Positions 46,134 to 58,509 of a stretch of DNA of 64,000 nucleotides are shown piece by piece. The DNA comes from Octopus sinensis (taxonomy: Eukaryota). The stretch spans positions 183,892,001 through 183,956,000 of the forward strand of contig NC_042997.1 in NCBI RefSeq assembly GCF_006345805.1. The letters run 5' to 3'. Numbering within the stretch: the stretch's first letter is position 1; each line of letters starts with the position of its first letter. Below the pieces are notes generated by a model, which worked only from the letters and a program-made list of their open reading frames with translations, was not told the origin of the DNA and ran no database searches. The position numbers were made by a program, and so were the translations under genes.

Positions 46134-48496
46134 TATTTGCATACAGGTTGAACCTGTTATATCTGGCTTGGGACTTGTGGATATTGCCAGACCATGCAAT
46201 ATGGTGGAAAACAGAAATTGACCCCCATGATAAACCTCTCCGTAGACATTAACTTTCCATCGCATTCCACATTTGTACTGATGTCTTATCAAAGCTTAAA
46301 ACAGGTATATGTGTGTGTTTTGAAAGGAAATATGTGAAGTTAGATGTTAGACCTGAGCTGAACCAGTTCAATAGTAACTTGGGTATTTAGAAATTTAAAC
46401 CTAAATGATGAAAAAGATTCTTTTGATAGGTGTAGGAGTGGCTGTGTGGTAAGTAGCTTGCTTACCAACCACATGGTTCCAGGTTCAGTCCCACTACGTG
46501 GCACCTTGGGCAAGTGTCTTCTACTATAGCCTTGGGCCAAAAGCCTTGTAAGTGGATTTGGTAGACAGAAACTGAAAGAAGCCCGTCGTATATATGTATG
46601 TGTGTGTTTGTGTGTCCGTGTTTGTCCCGTCAACATCGCTTGACAACCGATGCTGGTGTGTATATGTTTCCATAACTTAGCGGTTTGGCAAAAGAAACTG
46701 ATAGAATAGTACTAGGCTTACAAAGTATAAGTCCTGGGGTCGATTTGCTTAACTAAAGGCGGTGTTCCAGCATGGCCACAGTCAAATGACTGAAACAAGT
46801 AAAAGAGAGTAGATGAGCACACAAAAATGTATTTATCCTGCACGTTGCCAATAAATATGTTCCTAAAGTGCAATAATAGTGTTAGCAGTGGTTGATTGTT
46901 GGGTGTGCCATAAGTTAGAGAGCATATGGACGAAAAGCATGAAATGAGGTGAAGTAGGAGTAAGATATAAAGGAAACCAAAGCCAAAGGGGCTAGTAGAT
47001 AAGAAAAAACCACAAAACCAAACTTGACTCTTGAACCATCCCATACATACTATAACCATCGTATGTTTCATTGTCACAATTATTTCTTTCAAGAGCAGAA
47101 TTGATAGCGTCAGACAAATGCTGTTATGCATTTATATGACTGCTTGAAGAAAGTCTCAAAATCAGAGCTGAAGGAATAGAAATTTTAGAAATGTTGTGAA
47201 GTGTATCATCATTTTCATTATTACAACATGTTTGACAAATACTCAGTACAGCATGTCTTATTTAGTCTCAATTCTGTGAGACAGTAACATCTCAGATCTG
47301 ACCTAATTAGATTTTACATGGTCTATCTTTACTGTGAGTATGACAATTTCTTAGGCCACTTCATCAAAAGGTGTGTCCCTTCTATCACCAAATTGTGTGT
47401 GTTTTTTTAAAGTTGCCTCCATATAACAATGTCTTATTTAAAAGAAAGGCAAAATTTCTAATCTACCCTTTAACTACCTGCCACCACCCCCTCACTTCTA
47501 ACATTAAGAAAACAAAAACAAAACATAAATTATTGTTTCTTTTGTTATTCAGTAACCAGTAGAATCAGATCTGTTTTTCTTTGCCATTGGTAGAACTTAT
47601 CTCACACAATAATCTCCAAAGTTGCCTGCTTATGTCTTCCAAATATCTCTCATCTTTTGTTTTAAAAAATTCTTGTTATTTAGCTGGTATCAACAATTGC
47701 TCTCCTACCCACAATATATGAATTCTAGCTTCTTCCCACTCTTCAATGACCTTCTTGCTGTTACCTCTAACTATACACACTATACATGTGGACTCTCCCC
47801 TTCGTGTAAAGACCATTAGAATAACAGTAAGAAAGACACTGAATTTGACCAAGTGGTTGTAAAAGAATATTAGTCTATCAATTGGATATCTTGTTTGCAG
47901 AAGTTTTCTAAAATTGTAATATATTTGCAGATGTGTAAGCAATAATCTAAAGCAGGACACATTTACACTCAAGGAAAGTTAGCAATTGTTTGAGGAAGAA
48001 GCAATATTCCCTTTAACCATTTGAAAATATTTTTAATTCAAAGCTAGTGTGCAACATCTGAACTCTTGTGCAGTTTATCAAATACATTTGTAAATTAAAA
48101 TGAGAGCAACGTTTTGATGAACATAACACTAAACAGCAACTGCTTGGCACTGGGGAACTGTATGTTTTTGTTCTTCAGAAGAAATCAATTTTTTTTTATG
48201 TAGTTTCAGTTGTATAAATTTGTGTATTTTTATGTGAGAAGTTGACAGTAATTGTGAAACAAGTATTTGATAGGATCAGAGAAATTGCTTTTCTTTTTCC
48301 AGTAACACACAAAAGTATGTTTTCATATATCAAGTGTAAAGCCTCCTAAAGAGAAAAGAGGTGACCTTGTGAGTGGAGGTATAAATTCAGAGCACCCTGT
48401 CTCAGGGTTTGAAATAGTTTCTCACTTCTTTTTTATCTAAAAAAAAAAAACATTATATTCAGTTTTAAATATTTTTCATTCTTTTCTTTTCAGAAG

Positions 48497-51400
48497 ATGG
48501 TGGGTAATGACAGAGAGCAAAGAAGTATTCATGAAACTTCCTTATCGTGTGGAAATGTCAAGAACAATAATGAAAATTGCAAAGAAACCATTAAAAATGA
48601 TTGTATTTTAATGTCGATAAAAATGGAAGAAGAAGAAAATAGCGAAGAGGAGGAGAGTAACGATAATATCAGTAATAAATTGAAAAGTAATATCCACAAA
48701 GATAATGCAGATTCATTGAGCTATTATGCAGATTTCCTCAACAACATATTTCGATGCCAATACTGTAAGTTCAGCACTACAGATAAAGAAGAGTTAAACA
48801 AACATCGTTCTGTTCACAGTAAAGAAAAACAGCACAAGTGCAGCCAGTGTGATTATGAATGCCATTATCGTGCTGACCTTATTCGACACTGTGCAAAACA
48901 TTCAGATGAGAAACGTTATAAGTGTCCCCACTGTGATTTTGCCACAAAGTGGCGCCGTAATGTACGGCATCATCTTCTGAAACATACCAATGAACGGCCT
49001 TACCAATGTCAGATATGTGAATTCAGTTTCAAACGCCTACAAGACCTCAAATATCACATGTATCGACATAATGATGAGAAGCCAATAAAATGTGATGAAT
49101 GCGAATTCTGTTGTAAGACAAATTATGAACTTAAGTGCCACAAACTAAAACACAGTGATGTACGCCGATTTCCATGCACATTTGAAGGTTGCACCCAGCA
49201 ATGTAAAACCAAATCTGACCTTACTAAGCATCTTAAGACTCACAATGGTGAGAAAAATCACATCTGTTCTTTATGTGGGAAAGGTTTTACAACAGCCGGT
49301 TGTCTTAATAAGCATGTTCAGCGTCACGATACACGTAAGCAATTTATCTGCCATTTGTGTCTGAAGAAATTTAAATCCAAAGCTAGCTTAAAAAACCATC
49401 TTAAAATTCATGAAGGAATTCGCCCGTTTGTTTGTGATATCTGTGAAAAATCTTTCACTAATAAATACAATATGATGAAACATCAAGAGACGCATGGTGA
49501 CAACCGTCCATTTCGCTGTCCTATCTGTCCTTACGGAGCACGATCGAGTGAACATCTTTTAGCACACATTGGCTCTATGCATGGTCATTCTTATGCTTAC
49601 TTCTGTGAACTCTGTAAGAAACCATTCCGTCGTCATGGCCAGTTACGTATACATCTTAAGAGAATGCACAAAGGAAGTAAAGAGGCCACAGCTGCAGCAG
49701 ATTTTACTCATAATTCTACATCTTCACTACCCATTTCTAGATCCGAAAATGCAAAAAATACTTGTGATAAGCTTCCTGTCTCAAAATCTAATAATGAAAA
49801 CAAGTATTTGAACTCAAAGAAAACTGATGCTTTATCATCTAACATTACAAAGCAGTCTTGTTTATCTTCAACAAAACCTGTAGAAGACAAATCTGCTATT
49901 GATGTTGCTAAGACTGAACAAGCAAGTAATTTAGATAGTAAATGTCCCCCTGTTAGTGAGGACTCTAAATCTGGTATTAAAAATGGTGATGATGATGGTA
50001 ATCAGCATGTAGCTATAGAGACTACTGAATTAAAACCTACTAAGAAACAGAAAAATGATTCTAAGAAATATGTTGAAGGTTTTCATTTACCTCTTGCAAC
50101 AAAGGGTTTCACATTTAATTTTGAAAAAAAGGGTAAGAAACCTCGTTCTTGGTTTATGGATCCCAATTATATGCCTGCTGATGCTGCTGAGAAACAGAAA
50201 GCCTACCTCAACCGCAAAGCAAAATTATCAAAACTGAAAAAGTCGGAGGCAAAAGAGAAGATGAAACAGAAGAAGAAGTTAAAGATTGATGACAAACCCA
50301 AACAATCAGTTATTGTTCAAAAAACTGGCTTGGTTAAAGCCAGCAAAAAGAAGGTAAAACTTGTGAAAAACCTGAATACAAAAAAAATGTTAAGAAAAAA
50401 AAATAAGTCGAAAAGTTTAAAAAAGTGTATTCCTTTAACCGAAGGATGCAAAGTAAAGATAGAATCATTGAGGTCTGATTTTGAAGATGATGTTTGCTGG
50501 GAAAATAAATTAATAATAAACAACAAAAACAATCAGATGGTTAAAAGTGTCACTGATGAAATATATACACCTTATCAAGATATTCATCCTGAACTTTCAA
50601 TCCCCACCAAGATCAAACAGGAACCAACAGATGATCCTGGTGATATTTTAAACATAGAAATGCCTTCAAGTCCTGTAAAAACTGTTCTTTTTGAAACTCT
50701 TTTGAAGTCAGAGACTGGTGAATTTAGCACGGATTTAACAGAATCTGTGTCAACAGAAAGCAAGATTGGTGAGATGACAGAAACATCTGCTGATTATTGT
50801 GATAATAAAAGTTTGCCCTGCAACAACAGATTGGAATCTTCTAACCAGCTACAAATAACTTCAGATGGGACAACTAAAGATAACACAAGTCCTTTGTCGC
50901 CTTCAGGAGTATTTAAATTAGAAAATCTGTCCATACGAAAAACTGATTCAAATAAAACTATGCTAGTCTACACTATTTCTCAAGAAATTGGAGATACATG
51001 TCAGTCTTCGAGTTCAGATCTTCAAATAACTGAACTATTTAGCAGCTCAACTGGTCCTGGAGAAACTGTTATTAAACAGGAACCAATTCAGCTTGATAAT
51101 TACTCTCTTACTAACCAAATAAATTCTTTTAGTTTAAACCCTAACATAAACATTAAAATGGATAAAAATGAGCCCTTTCTTTTTGATCAAGAAAAACTCA
51201 ATAGTAGTATAACCTCTCCATCCCAAACACTTGCTCCTTTATCTGAGTCTAATCAAAATAATCAGGACAAGGAACTAAATGATCCTGTATCTTCTGAAAA
51301 TTTAGGTGGATTTGAAATAATAGATTCTCATACAAATAATAAATATTATATCAAACCCTTTACCACGCCAAATAGTGATAAAACAATTTCTCTTGCCAAC

Positions 51401-52468
51401 AACCTTACAAATGATTTTAGCTTAGATGGTTACTATGAAAAAATAGCCACTGTAGAAGGGATTCAAGATGGGAAATTAACCTTGTCTCATAGTTTCAATT
51501 TAGATCCATCCAAATCCTTGTCCACGTTAGACAAAAATGTCCACAACAACTGTGATTCTCTTTCAAACTCTGTGTCTTCAACTTCAACAATGGAAAACTT
51601 TTACAGTACTGAATCTGTGATTTCCCAAGAAGTACTTCCTAATCATTCACCTACCTCAAATTCGTCAGTGTTATCTCTACAGAAGTTGGATTGTGATGAT
51701 GTAACATTACCAGTTACTGTCACTGAAAAAGAGATGAGTCTGTCTGAAAGAGATCCATTTCAGTTTTCTTCTAATTTGGATTTTGGCCACCCAAAGTATC
51801 ATCAGTTTCTACAGACTCATAACTCCTTCCATGATACATCTAAGTGCAATGATTCTAACATTCTAAGAGTACCTCATATTAATTTGTCAAATAAAACTGA
51901 AAAGGGTTCTGATTTAGTTTACCCACCAACATTTCATCCTTCTAGCATATTAGAGGCAGTAGAAGCTAACCAGCAAGTAAGAACATCTGCTAATAGTATG
52001 GCTTTTAATTCTGAAAGCAATGAAATAAGCACTAAATGTCCTGTTTTGTTGTCAACACTAAACAGTCAATTTTTTGTTAATGAACCTTTTAAAGAAACGT
52101 CAGAGAAACTTGGAACAATCACAACTAATAACATCTTACCTAAACCTCCATCTGATGAGGCCCAAGCTTTGTATGAATATGAAATGGAATTTGATGAAAA
52201 AAGTATTCTTCGAGATAACATCAACATTACTATGCTTGGTTCCTATTCTTCTGAACCTCAGGAAAAAACAAATCCATTTTCAGTATTTTCTTGTACAAAT
52301 GAAAATAATAATTTGCTTGAAATGACAGTCAATTCTGATCTAAACGACAATGTTGGTCATAAGCCTGTATGCAATGATGTAAACTTAATATCAGCTAAAC
52401 CAGAACTTGACTGGGATTCTGAAGACAATTTGACTCAAAATTATATTCTATTAAATCCGAGTTGCTGA
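48497..52468 (+). CDS. C2H2 zinc-finger protein, 1323 aa: 11 tandem fingers (48749-49669), a Lys-rich NLS-like region and a long Ser/Thr/Asn-rich acidic C-terminus
   Basis: Uninterrupted 3972-nt ORF with 11 C-x2/4-C-x12-H-x3/4-H units. A strong acceptor (ttttcttttcag) lies 3 nt before the ATG, so upstream exon(s) probably exist. Confidence 0.93.
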   Translation: MVGNDREQRSIHETSLSCGNVKNNNENCKETIKNDCILMSIKMEEEENSEEEESNDNISNKLKSNIHKDNADSLSYYADFLNNIFRCQYCKFSTTDKEELNKHRSVHSKEKQHKCSQCDYECHYRADLIRHCAKHSDEKRYKCPHCDFATKWRRNVRHHLLKHTNERPYQCQICEFSFKRLQDLKYHMYRHNDEKPIKCDECEFCCKTNYELKCHKLKHSDVRRFPCTFEGCTQQCKTKSDLTKHLKTHNGEKNHICSLCGKGFTTAGCLNKHVQRHDTRKQFICHLCLKKFKSKASLKNHLKIHEGIRPFVCDICEKSFTNKYNMMKHQETHGDNRPFRCPICPYGARSSEHLLAHIGSMHGHSYAYFCELCKKPFRRHGQLRIHLKRMHKGSKEATAAADFTHNSTSSLPISRSENAKNTCDKLPVSKSNNENKYLNSKKTDALSSNITKQSCLSSTKPVEDKSAIDVAKTEQASNLDSKCPPVSEDSKSGIKNGDDDGNQHVAIETTELKPTKKQKNDSKKYVEGFHLPLATKGFTFNFEKKGKKPRSWFMDPNYMPADAAEKQKAYLNRKAKLSKLKKSEAKEKMKQKKKLKIDDKPKQSVIVQKTGLVKASKKKVKLVKNLNTKKMLRKKNKSKSLKKCIPLTEGCKVKIESLRSDFEDDVCWENKLIINNKNNQMVKSVTDEIYTPYQDIHPELSIPTKIKQEPTDDPGDILNIEMPSSPVKTVLFETLLKSETGEFSTDLTESVSTESKIGEMTETSADYCDNKSLPCNNRLESSNQLQITSDGTTKDNTSPLSPSGVFKLENLSIRKTDSNKTMLVYTISQEIGDTCQSSSSDLQITELFSSSTGPGETVIKQEPIQLDNYSLTNQINSFSLNPNINIKMDKNEPFLFDQEKLNSSITSPSQTLAPLSESNQNNQDKELNDPVSSENLGGFEIIDSHTNNKYYIKPFTTPNSDKTISLANNLTNDFSLDGYYEKIATVEGIQDGKLTLSHSFNLDPSKSLSTLDKNVHNNCDSLSNSVSSTSTMENFYSTESVISQEVLPNHSPTSNSSVLSLQKLDCDDVTLPVTVTEKEMSLSERDPFQFSSNLDFGHPKYHQFLQTHNSFHDTSKCNDSNILRVPHINLSNKTEKGSDLVYPPTFHPSSILEAVEANQQVRTSANSMAFNSESNEISTKCPVLLSTLNSQFFVNEPFKETSEKLGTITTNNILPKPPSDEAQALYEYEMEFDEKSILRDNINITMLGSYSSEPQEKTNPFSVFSCTNENNNLLEMTVNSDLNDNVGHKPVCNDVNLISAKPELDWDSEDNLTQNYILLNPSC

Positions 52469-52823
52469 TTATTTTTTTAGTCAAATTTATCAGTCAGAGA
52501 GAAATTTCATTTACATGCTATTTTGATTCAAGACAAAAATAAGGAAATTTTGATTGATTTTTGCAACAGTGAATGAAGAAAAATCTTTTTATATCAGAGA
52601 AATTAAAAAGAAATGTGTATAACTTATAAGGCACTTAAAAATATTTTTGTCCTCCCGTTTTTTAAGAATATCTATTGTATTCATGAGATCAATGATATTC
52701 AAGAAGCTGTTTTCTTAATTGTCCACATCTTTATAGATTTGATTTCAAGAAAGAATTTTCTGCCTGAATTATGGCTTACAAGAGTAAAATATTTATTGAA
52801 TAACAATGTTTCATTGTTTTAAT

Positions 52824-52829
52824 AATAAA
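52824..52829 (+). terminator. Candidate polyadenylation signal of the zinc-finger gene
   Basis: AATAAA about 355 nt after the stop, in an AT-rich 3' UTR. Confidence 0.4.
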
Positions 52830-55429
52830 ATTATTTTTTGGAAGTACATGCAGTTTTCATTGTATGAATTGAAGTTATTTTGAAGCATTTGATATACAAA
52901 TTATAAAAAAAACGTATTTTTGAAATAATGAAAATTATATTTTAAGTACTTAAAATTTTATTATTAAAGAAATACAAAGGTTAGTTAAAAGTTTAGTCTT
53001 TAGTCATGTTTATTATTACAATAGTTAATAGTTTCATATTTTCTTTGTAAGTCTAAAGTGGCATTTCTGTCTGTAATTATTTACTTTGTTAAACACTAAT
53101 TTGTGTGTAATAAGTATTTTACTTTTATCATCAGCTGAATTTTTTTCAGCTTTTCACATCCTCTGTTTTCACACCTTAACACCATCTGCACATTTCTCTT
53201 TGATTAGACAGAAGATATGGACATAAATATTCTTTTCTAATATAGACACAAGTCCTGAAATTTGGGGGGAGGGGGCTAGTCAATTAGATCAACCCCAATA
53301 CACAACTGGTACTTAATTTATTGATCCTGAAAGGATGAAAGGCAACGTCTTAATTGTTTCATTATTTTACTGTATCACATATGTATTAGCTTAAACTTAC
53401 TTTTGACAGAGCACAAATCATTCATATTAATAACAAGAACAGTAACTTTTCCTGCCATCATTGTCATTAATTAAGCAGTCTTCTAATTTTTCTTTACTTT
53501 TTGCATCCATCTTTCCAAAGTTCCTATACTAAAATTTTTAAGTTGTTGGTGCATTTGTTTTTACAGCTTGACGATGCCCCTTTTATTTCTAACCACTCAA
53601 TCATAAAGTATGAATGGAAACCAGTTTTTTGCTCATTCAGGCAAACAGGGCACAATACAATGACTATAGTAAGATCTAAACTTATGGCTATGTCATCAAT
53701 AGTTCATCTCCATAACCCTTTCGTTACTGTATTTCTGTTGAGATGCTCTGTGTTTCTTTCAATTAATTTTAAACATAACAAAGAATTTAGTAAAATAACT
53801 TGGTTATTATTAACCCTTTCGTTACCAACCCGGCTGAAACCGGCTCTGGTCTTTAGTACAAATGTCTGGTTTTCAAAAGTTCTGAATTAAAATCTTCCAC
53901 CAAACCTTAGTCACAATTTATGTTCCTAAAACTAGCTGAATGATAACTAAGTTATTTTACTAAATACTTTGTTATATTTAAAGTAATTGGAAGAAACACA
54001 GAGCATCTGAAAATAAATACAGTAACGAAAGGGTTAAGCTAGTGTTAGGAACATAAATTGTGACTAAGGTTGGTGGAAGATTTTTATTCAGAACTTATGA
54101 AAACAAGACATTTATACTACAGAGCCAGAGCCGGGTTGGTATCAAAAGGGTTAATCTCACAGATAAATAAGAGAAACAACCTATAGTTTCAACTAAACTA
54201 TTACTATAGTCTGTAATGTTAGGATATAGCATGGCTATTTGATTTGAAAGATCAGTCAATGCACCATTGAAATTAGTTTACTATTTCTTCGTTCAAAACA
54301 GGTTTATACCTGTTCTGCACATATTAGATATAATACCTCCTCTGTATTGCTCTTATTTAACTGTACTTTGTAACAAAGTCAGTGATTCAACTTTTGTAAA
54401 TCTTAACCATTAAATATTACTTGTATCCAAGTTTACTGTGTAGGACTTTCAAGTTCATTATTTCTAGTCTCAAAATTATTGCACTTCTGTTGATTAACAA
54501 AATAGATAATCTCTAAGCCTTTCCAGAAATACCAACTCATAAACGCCTTTCAACAGGATTTAAATTTCAGGGAATAGGAATTGAAATAAGAAGTGAGTTT
54601 CAAAAGAACTACAAGCTTCACAATCAGTGTTTAAATAGATGTTCTAAGTAGGATATCTATAAAGCTCAAAATGTTTTAATAAAGTAATACTACCTTTATT
54701 TTTAACATTAGTAATCTATTTTAACTCAAAATATTAATTTAAAAAGGAAAACATTTCAAAATCTTTATATAATTATTAACTACAACAATAACACAAAAAT
54801 AATTGAATAATAACCATTTAAAAAATATATTAAATCTTTTCTGTTTTTTCATTTAAGTGAACTGAGATCATTGATGATAGCATTAAAAGCTGGATTATAT
54901 ATCTCTCTTTAGATGCTTGAACTTCAGGCTCTCTTTCAAGAGAATTACTGAAAAGAATAATACAGCAAAAAAGGTGGGATTGATAATTTATTTTATATAA
55001 AATGGTTTTATTTAAGTTACTTTTTTTTATATAATGAATTATTGTTGTTATGAGTGTAGAGCAGTGGTCCATATAAGATTTTTGGGGGTCCACAAAACAA
55101 AATAGTAAATTGGGGATCCACAAAAATATTTTAAGGGCCTCTCAAAAAGTTTTGCATTAGATGTATGTATTGGTGTGTATTGCAAAGAAACAACTAGGTT
55201 TTTTTCTCTAATATTTTACATGGTTCAACCTACACAAGTTAATGTATGGAAAACAAAATAAGAATTTTGAAAGAAGTTTCTATAGAACTAATTTGTAAAT
55301 AATGAATGGCCATGGGGGTCTAACAAAATAAGATAGTAATCAAAGGGGGTCCGTAGTTAAAGAATGGTTGAGAATGCCTAGTGTAAAGTATATATATCTT
55401 GAAATCATAATGACCACAATGCTTGGCCC

Positions 55430-55900
55430 CCACCCAGTGATGCCATCATAGTGCTGTCCACCTTCCATGCCATGCTGCCGTTAACAAGATCATAAAGCAT
55501 GGCCTAGATGCCACAGGTTTCCCTTCCCAGCTCGAGCCAGTGGAGCTTGACTGAGGGGATGATAGCAGGCCGGACGGTATGACAATTTTCCTGTTCCCTA
55601 GTGGTAGGTCCCTCATCTGGGATGCTACATGCTATGACACCTTTTTCAGCAGCAACTTGGTATTGTCAACTACCAGCCCAGGCTCTGCTACTCATCAGGC
55701 TGAGAAAAAAAAACTGTCATGGTATCAGTCACTCTTCGACAGGTTTATAGTTGAGCCTGTGGCAGTTGAGACCTCTGGTGTTCTTGGCTCCTAGACCATA
55801 TCCTTGCTCACTGCAAATGCAAACCTCATGAGTCAGAGTGGCTGTTCCAGTGCATCTCCCTTGCTATCCTCTAGGGCAATGCCTTTTCCATTTTGTCTAC
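55430..55900 (+). mobile_element. CRE-like non-LTR retrotransposon 3' fragment (restriction-like endonuclease)
   Basis: HAAVNKII..LEP..RPDGMT..LIWDATC.DT..AEKKK..Y..L..PVAVETSGVLG matches the CRE-clade RLE motif series. Confidence 0.75.
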
Positions 55901-57163
55901 CGGTACCATGAGAAATGTTTCTATATTGTGAGAGGCAAGATTTTCTGTTAATCATAACACTTCTATTCAAAAGATTAGACTTCACACTTTCTCACTGAGT
56001 AATCTAACATACATTATTGCAGTAGTATTTTAACTAAGAATCCTATTTAAAAAGCACCACTGCAAAATGCTTCATAAATTATAACAGGACCATTTTATGA
56101 TGTCCCAGTGAGATTACATCAATGTAATATTGATATCAGGGATTTAATAGGCAAGTAAGAAAACAAAGGAATAAACATAGTGGGAAGGAGGAGTGTTAAA
56201 CAATGCTAATGTTTGTAATAGTCTTTGTTACCATTTGTAAATGACAGCATCAAAGCTCTGTGATTATCAATGTAATCTAGACATTTGAACTTAGGAAGAA
56301 GAGATCATAATTACACAGTAATGGGTCTAACCTACTTCTGATTTAACAACGAAATGCAAGGAGTATTTAATATGATTATGATCATTAAACTTGATGCGTT
56401 TTTTTTGTCTGAGATGAAAATATGGTGAATAAATACTTGAGTGAATGAAAAAAAAAATACATATATATAAAAGCATATCTACCTGCATTCGAACTCTTGG
56501 AGTAATTCACTTCCCTCAGCTTATTAAAAGAAACAACAAAAACAAAGAATAAACATCAATAAATTTTAAATTTAGGCAACTAAAAAAAGAATGTTTAATT
56601 TCAAAATTGATTGATTCAATGTAATTTTTATCTTATTTTTCCCTGATAAAGGATCCATGTTATTGGTTTAGTGTATTCTATAGTTTTCAAATTCATTTGC
56701 TAATTCCATATTCTGAATGCCTTACTTCCCTGGGCATGGATACATTGAAACTCTGACGTCAGGCTAGCTGACTTGGCAGACACCCATAAAATTATTAACC
56801 ATCTTACTAACAATAACTCTGAGCACCTTTTCAAACTCCACCTGTCTAACACCCGTGGACATGTTTACAAAGTCAGAAAACAGCACAGCTCCCATGACTT
56901 TCGGAAACATTTTTTCATGCTAAGAGTTGCTGAAGCATGGAACAAACTGCCGGCATCAGTTGTTAGCTGTCGGAGCACTGCATCCTTCAAAACTTCCATG
57001 CTTCCTGAGATTCACCAACACTACACCTGATTTTCTCCTCTCCATACACACGCCATACACTGTTCACTTGCCAGACATTTGTACATTACTGCATATACTT
57101 TATACGCACTTTTGACAAGTTGTGGTGCACCTGAGCACTGTATACAATAATTTCATTATTATA

Positions 57164-57865
57164 TCTATAAAAGGGAGGATGTGTGTGCGTGTGTGTATGT
57201 ACGTGATTGTAATTTATGCACGTCCATAAATTAGCATGCATGTCGCTCAAATTTTAGGAGGACATTTTTCAACACCCTATCTGGGTTTTGTCAACTTAAC
57301 CCCCCCCCCTCCCCACAAGGCACCCATGGGTAGCATAAATATCTATTTTCAGACATAGCTTTTTGATGGTGGCTAACAAAAAAATAAGATAAAGAAAAGT
57401 GGAAGAAGGAGGTAGAGAGCTTCATGGGAAAGAGAAAGTGAAAGAGGGAGAGAGGGAGAGAGAGAGAGAGAGAGTAAGTTATGACGTTCATAAAAAATAA
57501 AATGTAAAATGTTTTGTTTTTTGTTTTTGAAAGACACTATATTTCATAATCATAGTATAATATACTTGAGTAAAAATCGTGCAAGTGTTAATCTACAAAT
57601 TTAACAACATTTTTTCCTTTCATTTCTGTTTATGAACATGTATGCATTCACAAAACCTGCAATAGGTGTATGTATGTACATGTGTGTTCGTGTCTGTTGC
57701 CCATATATATTTATATTATATATGTATAACATATATAATATAACTAATTTCAACGGATTTCGCCCAAACTTGACGTCTATATTACTAAGTTTGGTTTGAA
57801 ATAAAGAACTTGATTAGCTTAATAATCGTAACTTAATCCTGGGCAAGGCCGGGTTATACTGCTAG
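57164..57865 (+). mobile_element. Non-autonomous Helitron (~700 bp)
   Basis: Starts A|TC (tctataaaa) and ends with an imperfect GC hairpin (atcctgggcaaggccgggtt) followed by CTAG|T. No TSD. Confidence 0.75.
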
Positions 57866-58509
57866 TTATTAATATATTCTTTAGAATTACAAAAATCCTT
57901 TTGTGAGAGCAAAACCAGAAGGAAAGAAAAGTACAATGTACTGTGGTATAACTAAGCCTTGTTACATTGAATATGCCATGCTTTCTGTCACTATTTCACC
58001 AGAACTCACTGTTTTCTACCGCAGTCCATAACTTGCCCTTCACAGCAACATTCTCATCTCACATTTGTATGTGAGGATGTTAGGCTTAGATGAATGATGT
58101 TCTAAATATTTCATGGGCAAACTGTCACCTGTGGGTCTCTTTGAATGGCATACATAATGAAAAATTGCCTTGAAGATTTTTAGTAGCGTGGCCCACTTGA
58201 TGAGCTATGTCTCATGTGGCCTGCTTCTAAAGAAAAAAGATTGCTCATGGCTGTTCTTAAATCTACTTTCTAACAACTTCAATAATTACTGATTATGTTA
58301 TGTTTAATTCCTTCATCTCATTATCTGATAAGTTATGTCTTAAATTATTATGATTACACAAGGACTTAAGTGATCCTCATATTTAAAATAAAATATGAAA
58401 GGATGTCTTTAAAAGTCTCTGATATCACACAGACTGACTTTATAACTGCAATCACTCCTATTTTTATGGATCCTGTTTATATTAGAGGATAGATAGTAAA
58501 ATGCTTGAA

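Noticed and set aside
45546-46292. 248-aa ORF as an intact or domesticated transposase
   Set aside because: It covers only the N-terminal part. The catalytic domain is split across frames and the third Asp is lost.
46990-47175. Minus-strand exon candidate (QHLSDAINSALERNNCDNETYD)
   Set aside because: All three frames following the nearest acceptor contain stops.
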